Positions 40,401 to 47,459 of a stretch of DNA of 64,000 nucleotides are shown in pieces. Source of the DNA: Calditrichia bacterium (GTDB taxonomy: Bacteria > Calditrichota > Calditrichia > RBG-13-44-9 > J075); contig JBOEGD010000010.1 in assembly GCA_050633245.1 (NCBI GenBank), positions 189,989 through 253,988 of the forward strand. Reading direction: 5' to 3'. Each line of letters starts with the position of its first letter. Position 1 is the first letter of the stretch. The position numbers were made by a program, and so were the translations under genes. Below the pieces are notes generated by a model, which searched no databases, was not told the DNA's origin, and saw only the letters and a list, made by a program, of their open reading frames with translations.

Positions 40401-43153
40401 TCGCTTTGCATCGGGATATCATTACCATTGTTCCAACCAAGGTGCGTGCGAGCATAGACTTTCCGTATGTTGTCGGAGCCGGCCAAAATAGAATATTTAT
40501 TAGGAGAAGCATTTACCTGAACTCCATGCAAATTATTAAAGTCGGCAATATCTTCCCATTGAAGTGAATTAGGATTAAAATAATGTGCAGTTATTGAGCC
40601 GTCATTTGTTGAAATACCGCTCCGGTGTCGCAAAATCAGATCTTTACTATTGGTACTATTCCTGTAGCTGGTGGAAAAGGATTCCTTTATCCAATCCTGA
40701 CCAGTCCATCGTAAACCTTGGGCATCCACAATACCATAAATTGAAATCATTGATTCAATAGTACTTACTAGTGAAGCATAAGGAACCGAGCCAATAACAC
40801 TATTGGTCGTAAATCCAGCCTGGGTAAAGTCTTCATCCCATTGGTAAATATAGTCTGTATTATTCTGAGTCACTCCAATGGCAAAAGTTTTACCAGCATA
40901 CCAATCATTGTTATTCTGAGTATGGTTGGGGAGGTTTGGCAGGTCGACAGAATGACGAGTATTTTCTTCGTCAAGATAGTGCATGCGAACAGCCATATCA
41001 TTACCGGGATTTCCGTTTTCATCCCGGTGAGTAATCATCCAATTTAGAATACCGGTATTAAAAAAGTCATCATCATTAGAAGTAACAAGCGGTCCGATAG
41101 GAAGAAAATCGCTCTTATTCCAGCTATCCCCATCCCATTTGATCTCAAAACCATATCCCTGTTCTCGCCCAACCAGAGAAAGAACATTGGAGCCAGCAAC
41201 CACATTGACATTGTTTTGCCAATCTCCCCCCCCCTGAACGCCAAGAGTACAATTCCTGATGGCTTTAGCCCGCCAAGTATGGCTATTAAAAGCACGATGT
41301 ACTAAATGCACGCTCTTCGTTTGGGCGTCGGTAAAGTAATCTTCAATAATACCAAAAAAGTTATTTGAGGTAACCACTGTTCCGCGAAGAATAGAAGTAT
41401 TTTCAAAAAAGTTTGGAAAGCTCGTATTTCCAGAGGAATGATCCCAGGTATTCTTACGCCAGTGTCCAGTCCAAACATAACTCTCTATTACTGCACTATT
41501 ATCCGCTGTATTTCTCCAGGCAACAACTAGATAATCACTACCATAGAAAAGCTCCGGATAGTTATCATATGGGTTTTCTTCGTCCGGCTTTTCAAGAATC
41601 AACTCGCGATCAGATTTCTCAAGCGTAGTCTCTTCATAAGTATACAAAACATCACCGCCAGAGGGCAGGAATATTTGCTCCAATGCACCATAATTGGGAT
41701 GTGCAGTGAGGTAGGTGAAGTTCAATCCCGGGAGGGACATGCCGTCGGGGTTTTGATGAGTAATAGAACTGAGCAAGCGCTTGGTTAAGTCGCCCTGCCC
41801 CATAAAGTTATAGTCAAACTCAATAGTAAAAAGGGTAGACGCTTCCGGACTCAACACCTCTATCTGATCAAGATATCGTGTCTCATAACGTTCCTGGTAA
41901 GCATCCGGTTCAGGCTGTTCGGCATGTGGATCCTGATATTCTTCGGATAGCTTTTCAGCATAGGTAAACTCCACAGAACGGCCATTCGAATCCACAATTT
42001 TCTTCAAATAACTCGCAACTGTGTGGTTAGTGGTGCCTGAAACGTTTGTCGTGTAAGTAAAGTCTGCATCTGACAATGCACTGATTTTTTTTATCTTGCG
42101 CATTTTGGTAGGAGGTCCTGATACGATAGAAACAAAATAATCTTTATTGGCGTACCCTGTGAAGGCACTATTTACCGGATAGTCGTTTTGATCAGAATAA
42201 ACAGTATGTACAACAGGCCCAGATGAGGAGTTTTTACGGACGATAATGGACTCATCATTATTCAGCGTACCGCTGATTCCAACCTGTTGGGTATTAAAAA
42301 TACTGAAGTCATCTTCTTCGCCTAAACGAATATAGGTGTTGGCTGCACCAAAATTATAGCCAACCGGTTCCTCTAATGCTTCGTATTCGTAAGTAACCTC
42401 ATCACCCCAGAGGTTTACAGATCTGGACTGATTCCATGCTGCTACAAACTGCTGCTGCCCGGCGGTTTCTGAACTTTCTCCAATCCAGTTTCCCCATTTT
42501 ACACCATACTGCAGGGTATTGCGTCCGGTCTCCTCACCGTATTCGACGATGGAGCCGTCTCCCTTTGTTACTTCCCATTTTTCTATGGAGGGGAAATACA
42601 GGATTTTCCAATTGTTGTAGGCTTTGGTTTCATAACGCAACGCAGTACCTTCAGAGCCATTGCGAATAAGCTCGACGCCTTCATGGTAGAACACATCATC
42701 GTGGCGGGTTCCAGTGCCTTTATGATCCCGGGTAATAGCAGAAAAGCCAAAGTTCCAACCAAGCCCCAAAACACCGGTTGGTGCTTCTACGTTCCACGTG
42801 TCAACTGTTCCATGTACATTGCTTGAGTATTCGATATTAACGCTCACATCCAAGCCACGTTTACCCGGTATATTGATTAGCGATATTGGCAGGTTGATAT
42901 CACCTGTGGCGAGTTGAAGGCTACTGGCGGTTGCTCCAATGCCGCCGCCACTTGCAAACGTTGCAATCGGGGGAATAGTATAGTCAACATCTCCAGAGCT
43001 ATTTGAAGATGAGCCTTGATGCCCAAGAGCTTCCGAAACGCTCTGCGTTGAAGACGCATCTACCTGACCCTGCGCGTAGACTATTTCAAGTGTGAATGAG
43101 ACTGCTACCAATAAAACACAAATATATAATTTCGGGCTTCCCGTCAATTGCAT
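34403..43153 (-). CDS. Giant RHS/YD-repeat polymorphic toxin with Sec signal peptide, SpvB/TcB-like N-terminus and C-terminal toxin domain
   Basis: GGGAG RBS before MQLTGSPKLYICVLLVAVSFTLEIVYAQ; TGDINLPISLINIPGKRGL...LGLGW; many YD repeats; core YQFTGQELDSESDLYNYRARLYDAELGRF...PYSYVGSNPTNRTDPSG; 361-aa C-terminal extension. Confidence 0.93.
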   Translation of the reverse strand: MQLTGSPKLYICVLLVAVSFTLEIVYAQGQVDASSTQSVSEALGHQGSSSNSSGDVDYTIPPIATFASGGGIGATASSLQLATGDINLPISLINIPGKRGLDVSVNIEYSSNVHGTVDTWNVEAPTGVLGLGWNFGFSAITRDHKGTGTRHDDVFYHEGVELIRNGSEGTALRYETKAYNNWKILYFPSIEKWEVTKGDGSIVEYGEETGRNTLQYGVKWGNWIGESSETAGQQQFVAAWNQSRSVNLWGDEVTYEYEALEEPVGYNFGAANTYIRLGEEDDFSIFNTQQVGISGTLNNDESIIVRKNSSSGPVVHTVYSDQNDYPVNSAFTGYANKDYFVSIVSGPPTKMRKIKKISALSDADFTYTTNVSGTTNHTVASYLKKIVDSNGRSVEFTYAEKLSEEYQDPHAEQPEPDAYQERYETRYLDQIEVLSPEASTLFTIEFDYNFMGQGDLTKRLLSSITHQNPDGMSLPGLNFTYLTAHPNYGALEQIFLPSGGDVLYTYEETTLEKSDRELILEKPDEENPYDNYPELFYGSDYLVVAWRNTADNSAVIESYVWTGHWRKNTWDHSSGNTSFPNFFENTSILRGTVVTSNNFFGIIEDYFTDAQTKSVHLVHRAFNSHTWRAKAIRNCTLGVQGGGDWQNNVNVVAGSNVLSLVGREQGYGFEIKWDGDSWNKSDFLPIGPLVTSNDDDFFNTGILNWMITHRDENGNPGNDMAVRMHYLDEENTRHSVDLPNLPNHTQNNNDWYAGKTFAIGVTQNNTDYIYQWDEDFTQAGFTTNSVIGSVPYASLVSTIESMISIYGIVDAQGLRWTGQDWIKESFSTSYRNSTNSKDLILRHRSGISTNDGSITAHYFNPNSLQWEDIADFNNLHGVQVNASPNKYSILAGSDNIRKVYARTHLGWNNGNDIPMQSEDIGLYVGNNFYVYADVDPVSNISTGAKVSFFKNGQWQPEITVGQEGTTLVRGNILVHRRVNATSENYVLYHLVNGAAEGDQIDYPVTAITVNDGFASTSTYYDYNEAHATIDRSSSIAQYNEVTILPANQSGSFGKTVYYFHSNLANSEVAKPYIGGNTSINSVGRPYIVERHKEGETSPIAITTYKYLLTYNNVGGKGQSGHFHPTRITEEEDGVESVIIFEYNIRNQLERRTVSNFNSQGVEDTYEDVFIYSWSGYTDLETANIIDPVITNRTKVNGTLTSSTATTWQVQSNGVWSPHKNYSWDATPNTSAIFDFDLWSNAGEPGSEWLKLSEVESINSAGFVVETSSIKNGLGKIYSNTKYSDRFPVASFSNARASETSYNGFESGVSEDGWTDEYGDISDISHTGSHSWQIQGHLNDYYIARTFLVADLDDLNGKYAFGAWVKSTSSETNIDLKYNYNGGQHSHNVYHSGSGEWEYLYTLCDLTEYSEALISITALVRNTTDQVDAYFDDLWVGPIDASFGAVVFDRQYDIPIATIGQHGNKSKLVYDKLHRLIGGVGSDNVPNGSQLSSGSLERNATFQTSDPNLLLKTSVRGTEGTYIDFTNALLDWSIIENANSAASTWQVVDQELHHSNDGGGVIGTPDLLIKELHSALTGRVGIELTLTLPDATSGQNFGIALGGTDWDYTQSGAGNAVWSVFNSSDWVTIDNSSPNTVHDEFTLGYSYRLQVIVDLDNQLSDFYVNGVPCLQDVALPATANEIKKLVLFNEGSGAATDWKIDDLFVYTNPSHSIVYSDGLSKARQVQYEVETGIYLAETLYDELNRPFVQTKIAESVGAWFGYRSGFVIDPFDAVGGLMNGEVNTAYPDDQNRPYYRTVYEASPFSPAIEQGMPGATFALGGGHTASIEFGANEQDGFLDNLPDNEYFKTVVTDPQGIQTTYVEDKVGQVIGVKTSSTETTYEYDDKGNAIRIYPPNYYQPPGGAIADDYIVDLTYDHRGLLTSSSSSDDGVTDYIYDQLGQVRFSRHAEGALPDPDLISYWKYDDFGRVVEEGYLEDDEIIWGTSLQNKADTDPTYPPTPIKWRMKYFYDGDGSDPTLLNRLEYTQSNNDIDIAAEIEERYAYNADGEVLNKSLEVLDFEATSYATNYTYDNAGFITQINFYSDNLNVDNQTLSGTATHEAGDSLNSTNTTVASGSDITFTAGQGVVLRDGFIAENGATFVASATGGNASGIVTYSYNRLGQPVSVGIPGDDDFYASYSYNALGQMTSESIHPENGSTVTTSYDYNPVGWMTDMHTPGYFREQLDFTSNGYLGTGYYNGDIARLSYSYLWSNSLGNIPPPTNYDVEFQYDDLQRLQVANFVEAQAKFGPQTPLDDYDIGIGAGNEISYDHNGNILSLKRGSVFRNYTYEDGTNRVINTNGTAALDYQYDANGNMNASTPKNISSIYYDPHLQLTRSINMTGSNAGVLDFQYSDAGERLLKSFLPSGSSTTASTMYQPGLSGNILVERDKDGTVAGEARTYIYGPTGLLAFSEDGETFFPLKDHLGSNRVLVNENGLVVGSYDYAAFGEVMRSTETQPLSYQFTGQELDSESDLYNYRARLYDAELGRFYAMDPALEYSSPYSYVGSNPTNRTDPSGMMSQNWGDIYFPYSPFGDYSYGGYYHGYGAHTLSSGESTASESSSSNDWGFECGTDFGCRGWGYPKLPIGRWIDDNATSIWRTAIGNAPDIGRIRPAVSAIVSSIDVASVWESGPTTFTTGSNWWSAGTGAVAPITEAVTSTGLWRMATLPFNAEGLAARLEDASEWVIFNTPVGMFWSVWTPEGRNWHKRYAMNLGYAALDGFATTLEGMPEWGEKEWFYAGGYLTTSIAVTIFTRGKGLRFGPKNQKLPGRFADGTFSKVNFKELRKMVEEWDKGTFESPVRSLRYHINKHAKDKSNPLQYMNQAREFFNSNRKAEKVVRSDGTDRWKTGKGQFIIKKGGKSEGKIVSFGWNYDLFYED

Positions 43154-43230
43154 CGCTTTCTCCCTATAATTAAGCCTGGACACAAGCCATTACTTTCCAA
43201 TGTTCATATCGCTTGTCAAAAACACCTGAT

Positions 43231-44034
43231 TTACTTCGAACGAAGCTCGAGGATTTGCTCTTGTAAATCAGCATTCTTTTTTTCGAGTTGAATCATATAG
43301 AGCGTTAGCTCCTCAACCTTTTGGAGCAGAAGAGTTTGCATTTCAGATACACCGACACCGTTTTGCTGCATCTCAGCTGCCGGGGAAACACCGGGAAGAT
43401 GCTTCTTCTCTTTGATATGAGATTCGACCTCATCAAGCGGCATCAACTCATAATTTTCTTCAAAAACAAAGTCTGCACCCGAGCTTTCTACCCGCACTTC
43501 AGTTGCCCGAACTGTGCCGTCTACATCCAGCTTATAGGCTGGTGTCGCAAGCCCAATACCGACATTTCCTTCCTTAACAATCCTCATGGCTTCAGTTGGA
43601 GGAAGCGTGCTATTATTTGCACCAACATAAAATGCCAAATCCCGTGAATCTGCATCCCAAGTTCCTTGAATAGCCTTAATTGCAGCGCGAATATTTACGT
43701 TATTCGTCCCAATGGCATTTCCAAAAAGAAGCTCACTGGCAACACCATCTTCGCCGGTTGGTGAATCGCCGGCTATAATTATGGCTGAGGTTGCATTTGG
43801 TGTCTGAACATGAAGAAGTGCTTGGGGGACACTCGTTCCTAATCCAAGACTTGCGTCGAAGGGACTTAAATAGATGTGATTGGTACCATATTGAATCGTC
43901 GGTTGAGCAAATAATCCTGGAGAAACAGTCACGACCAACCACATAAGGAGAAACAGCGCTATCCTTTTCGGAGGCGTTATCGTCGACGTTGTAAGTAAAA
44001 GACCGCATTTTACGTTGCGAATGTTGGTTTTCAT
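43231..44034 (-). CDS. Exported fibre-like protein with GNVGIG repeats and a C-terminal chaperone-like/coiled-coil domain
   Basis: Signal peptide ending LFAQ; LGLGTSVPQALLHV, GNVGIGLATPAYKLDVDGTVRATEVRV, ADFVFEENYELMPL..VE..I...KHLPGV, LLQKVEELTLY. Confidence 0.85.
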   Translation of the reverse strand: MKTNIRNVKCGLLLTTSTITPPKRIALFLLMWLVVTVSPGLFAQPTIQYGTNHIYLSPFDASLGLGTSVPQALLHVQTPNATSAIIIAGDSPTGEDGVASELLFGNAIGTNNVNIRAAIKAIQGTWDADSRDLAFYVGANNSTLPPTEAMRIVKEGNVGIGLATPAYKLDVDGTVRATEVRVESSGADFVFEENYELMPLDEVESHIKEKKHLPGVSPAAEMQQNGVGVSEMQTLLLQKVEELTLYMIQLEKKNADLQEQILELRSK

Positions 44035-44082
44035 GTTTAGCTCCTTTTTGGGAAAGTTCTATTTATTCATACGTTCTTAGAA

Positions 44083-44098
44083 AACAAACTCAATGCCA
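44083..44098 (-). promoter_or_regulatory. Putative sigma-54 promoter TGGCATTGAGTTTGTT for the fibre-RHS operon
   Basis: GG and TTG at canonical -24/-12 spacing (-12 reads GT rather than GC); about 50 bp upstream of the start and the AAGGAG RBS. Confidence 0.6.
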
Positions 44099-44146
44099 AA
44101 CACCTAAGCATTTATTTTTAATTGACTTAAACAGCACACACAAACA

Positions 44147-44237
44147 CCTGCTGCAAGAATTCCTTGCAGCAGGACTTCATTAAAGTTTCTGCAGCTGCGA
44201 TTTCATGAGGTTTATGAGACGCAAGGTTTTCTTGCGT
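44147..44237. promoter_or_regulatory. Palindromic GCAAG-N5-CTTGC sites (candidate enhancer sequences)
   Basis: CCTGCTGCAAG-AATTC-CTTGCAGCAGG (44147-44173) and ACGCAAG-GTTTT-CTTGCGT (44219-44237). Confidence 0.6.
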
Positions 44238-44276
44238 TCAATTACCTGATACCAACTCAAGCTCAATAAAAACAAT

Positions 44277-44313
44277 TAACTACAGGTGCAATACATTCTT
44301 GCACCTGTAGTTA
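44277..44313 (-). terminator. gspE terminator-like hairpin that also carries the GCAA-N7-TTGC core
   Basis: 15-bp perfect arms TAACTACAGGTGCAA/TTGCACCTGTAGTTA, followed by ATTGTTTTT on the minus strand. Confidence 0.65.
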
Positions 44314-44360
44314 GAACCCGAAAGTTAGAGAGATAATCAAAGAGAGGTGTAGAGGTTATA

Positions 44361-45863
44361 CTAAACCGTCTCGGTCAGCACTTCTTCCAAAGTAGTAATT
44401 CCAGCTGCGACATGCCGCAGACCAGACTGACGCAGATTTACAGAATTTTGCTCGCGCAAAGTATTGCGCAACTCGGTAAGACCGCCACCATTAAGAATAA
44501 GATCACCAAGTGCCTCTGTCATAATGAATGGTTCAAATATCGCAATACGACCACTATAGCCGGTGTGGTAACAAGAATTGCATCCCCGACCGCGAAAAAG
44601 TGTAATACCAGATGGCAAAGAAGAGAGGAGTGAAGCACTCAAAGCCGATTTAGCTGCAAAATCTGGTTCACGGCAAGCAGAACAAATTTTACGCACCAAC
44701 CGCTGAGCCAATATCATCCGTACTGCTCCTGCTACCAGAAACGGCTCAATGCCCATATCAATAAGCCTGACAATAGTGCTGGCAGCGTCATTGGTGTGAA
44801 GCGTGCTCAATACCAAATGGCCGGTAAGAGCAGAACGCACGGCAATCTCCGCTGTTTCAGCATCACGGATTTCACCAAGCATAATGATATTTGGGTCCTG
44901 CCTTAGCACTGAACGCAGCACTGATGCGAACGTCAATCCTATATCCGCTCGCACCATGGTCTGATTGACACCCTGAAGGTTGTACTCAATTGGATCTTCA
45001 ATCGTAATAATATTAGATTCTGTGCGATTTAAATAGTTTAGCGCGGAATAAAGCGTCGTGGTCTTTCCACTGCCAGTCGGTCCGGTAACCAGAATCATTC
45101 CATGCGGCATTTTTAGAATTTGCTGAAGTTCATTTAGCAACGCCGACTGCATTTGCAAACTTTCCAAGGATAAATTGAGAGCGGATTTATCCAGAATACG
45201 CATGACTACCTTTTCTCCAAAGTCCGTTGGCAAAGTAGAGACCCGAATATCAACAGCTCTTGGGCCTGCTTCAAAACGAATTCTACCATCCTGCGGGCGA
45301 CGCTTCTCGGCAATATCCAATCCGGACATAATTTTAAGCCGTGAAATAACCGACTGCGGGCGACAATCGGGGTTATCAAATTCTACGAGTTTGCCGTCTA
45401 AACGAAGGCGAATACGGAATACCTCTTCATCGATTTCTACATGGATATCGCTTGCTCCAGCTTCTATGGCACTACGAATTAGCCAATCCACATATGATAC
45501 TACATCGCCATGTTCAGGCTGCTTTTGATAATTGCCCTTACTACGTGCGATATTGAACTGTTTATCTCGCGAGGGAGGCCTATTGGCCTGATAGGCATGG
45601 TTTAAAGCTACTTCAATCTCACTTACCGAATATTTGCTAAAATCTATCTGACAACCAGTCAAAAACCGCAGTTCAGCTCTTTCATTCAATTCCGGAGGCT
45701 GCTCACATGCGAGATGCAGCTTTTTTTCAAGCCATTTTATTGGAACAACGCGATAATATCGTGCCTGCTTTTCAGAAAGTAAGCCAACCACATCGCTCTC
45801 TATTCGGATTTCGCTATCGCTTTTAAGAATCTTGTTTGAATTCACGTCACAACCTTTCAGCAA
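44361..45863 (-). CDS. gspE: GspE/PilB-family assembly ATPase
   Basis: ASDIHVE, LDIAEKRRPQDGRI, TGPTGSGKTTTLY, TIEDPIEY, LRQDPNIIMLGEIRD, LTGHLVLSTLHTN, CxxC...CxxC zinc site. Confidence 0.96.
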   Translation of the reverse strand: MLKGCDVNSNKILKSDSEIRIESDVVGLLSEKQARYYRVVPIKWLEKKLHLACEQPPELNERAELRFLTGCQIDFSKYSVSEIEVALNHAYQANRPPSRDKQFNIARSKGNYQKQPEHGDVVSYVDWLIRSAIEAGASDIHVEIDEEVFRIRLRLDGKLVEFDNPDCRPQSVISRLKIMSGLDIAEKRRPQDGRIRFEAGPRAVDIRVSTLPTDFGEKVVMRILDKSALNLSLESLQMQSALLNELQQILKMPHGMILVTGPTGSGKTTTLYSALNYLNRTESNIITIEDPIEYNLQGVNQTMVRADIGLTFASVLRSVLRQDPNIIMLGEIRDAETAEIAVRSALTGHLVLSTLHTNDAASTIVRLIDMGIEPFLVAGAVRMILAQRLVRKICSACREPDFAAKSALSASLLSSLPSGITLFRGRGCNSCYHTGYSGRIAIFEPFIMTEALGDLILNGGGLTELRNTLREQNSVNLRQSGLRHVAAGITTLEEVLTETV

Positions 45864-45865
45864 AT

Positions 45866-46279
45866 CTAATCAGCAATAGTTTGTCGAACAGCGCCGGTCT
45901 GATCTACCTGCCATACATTAAACACGCCATCCTTATCAAAATCTACCACCGCGACAGCCCGCGCCACATATCCCTGTGGACCGGCATTTTCAATCTCGAT
46001 ACGGTAACGTGCTTCTCCCTGATTTTCGAGAGTTGCCTGCTGCTCGAAACCAATATCTGCAAGCCGGACTGAATAGCGATCATGCTGATAATAGAAGGTT
46101 TCCTGCAAAGTATGTAGATGCTTAAGCATCAGCTTTGCTTCGGTTGTCTTTGCTTGCGTTATCACTGCTGTGAACTTTGGGAGAGCCAATAAAACCAGAA
46201 TACCGATAATAACGATCACGACAAGAATTTCGGTTAAGGAAAAGCCCTCTTCTGATTTGATAAAAATTGCTTTTTTCAT
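45866..46279 (-). CDS. Major (pseudo)pilin with class III signal
   Basis: G|FSLTEILVVIVIIGILVLLALPKF; C-terminal DFDKDG loop; strong GGGAGG RBS. Confidence 0.92.
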   Translation of the reverse strand: MKKAIFIKSEEGFSLTEILVVIVIIGILVLLALPKFTAVITQAKTTEAKLMLKHLHTLQETFYYQHDRYSVRLADIGFEQQATLENQGEARYRIEIENAGPQGYVARAVAVVDFDKDGVFNVWQVDQTGAVRQTIAD

Positions 46280-46362
46280 TTTTTCCTCCCTACCAAATAG
46301 TTCAAAGTTGCGTGGGTCACGACCCACGGTACATTACTGGTTCAGATTTCTGTATTCTGTGT

Positions 46363-47448
46363 TCAGGGCATAATCGCCGCCATGTTAAATAAGGGCAGAT
46401 AAATTGAAATCAGAATCGCACCGATTGCTGCCCCAAGAAAAAGTATCATTACCGGTTCTATGAGCGTCGACATCAGGGCAATAGCACGATCCAATTCATC
46501 ACTTGAGACCGAGGCAATCTTTAGCAACATTTCCGGCAGTTCAGCTGTTTCCTCGCCTACCGTAATCATTTGCGCCACCATTGGAGGAAAAATAACCGAG
46601 TTGTCCAAAGATACCGCCAGCTCATCTCCGCGCCGCACCGAAAGAAGCATCTTGCTCACCTCACCCTGAAATTCACTATTTGGCGTAATGTCCCTGGCGA
46701 TACCTAATGCCTCATGCAGTGCAATTCCACTGGAAAGCAGCGTACCCAGTGTTCGGCAAAACCTTGCCAGATAGTTTAAGCGAACGAGTCTTCCCCAAAA
46801 GGGCAAATGAATAGCAAGCCGATCACAAAAATTGCGAAGGGCAGTAGAATGGCGAAAAATCCAGAGCAGTCCGATCCCTGACAGCATCATTAGCAACAGC
46901 CCTCCCAAATATGCTTGCAGCCATTCACTCAGATTCATTACATTTCTGGTTAGCCAGGGTAACTCTGCATCAAATTCACGAAAGAGCCCTTCAAAAGTGG
47001 GAAGCACAAAAAGCAGAATAAATGAAAGCGCCGTAATTGCAACGAGCACAACCAGAGATGGATAGGATAAAGCTTGCACCAACTTTCGCTTCAATCCGGC
47101 GATCTTTTCCTGATACTCCGAAATCCGGAGCAACATACTCGATAACTGGCCGGTCGCTTCTCCAACCTCAACAAGATTCAGATAAAATCCATTAAACAGG
47201 TTCGGATAATATGTTAACGTATCAACCAGACTATCTCCGGATCTTAAACCGTTCAGTATTTCATTCAGAATATTTCGAAATTCTTTATGATCACACTGCT
47301 TTGTCAACAACTCAAGGCTGTCTACCAGATGGAGTCCCGCACCAAGCAAAATTGCCAAATCCCTGCTAAATGCCCGTTGGATTTTTGCCGGAATCCGACG
47401 ATGATTGCGCGACTCAACATGCGTCTCTTTCTCAATTACCACAGACAC
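46363..47448 (-). CDS. gspF: GspF/PilC inner-membrane platform protein
   Basis: FSRDLAILLGAGL, LVEVGEATGQL, ALSYP, FCRTLGTLLSSGI, MITVGEETAEL, LIEPVMI...IYLPLF. Confidence 0.95.
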   Translation of the reverse strand: MSVVIEKETHVESRNHRRIPAKIQRAFSRDLAILLGAGLHLVDSLELLTKQCDHKEFRNILNEILNGLRSGDSLVDTLTYYPNLFNGFYLNLVEVGEATGQLSSMLLRISEYQEKIAGLKRKLVQALSYPSLVVLVAITALSFILLFVLPTFEGLFREFDAELPWLTRNVMNLSEWLQAYLGGLLLMMLSGIGLLWIFRHSTALRNFCDRLAIHLPFWGRLVRLNYLARFCRTLGTLLSSGIALHEALGIARDITPNSEFQGEVSKMLLSVRRGDELAVSLDNSVIFPPMVAQMITVGEETAELPEMLLKIASVSSDELDRAIALMSTLIEPVMILFLGAAIGAILISIYLPLFNMAAIMP

Positions 47449-47459
47449 ATTCCCCCTTT

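Noticed and set aside
34403-43153. RHS as a T6SS effector
   Set aside because: Has a Sec signal peptide; no PAAR domain and no vgrG, hcp or tss genes in the window.
43231-44034. Prophage remnant suggested by the fibre gene (and the XRE regulator)
   Set aside because: No capsid, terminase, integrase or tail genes; the fibre has a Sec signal peptide.
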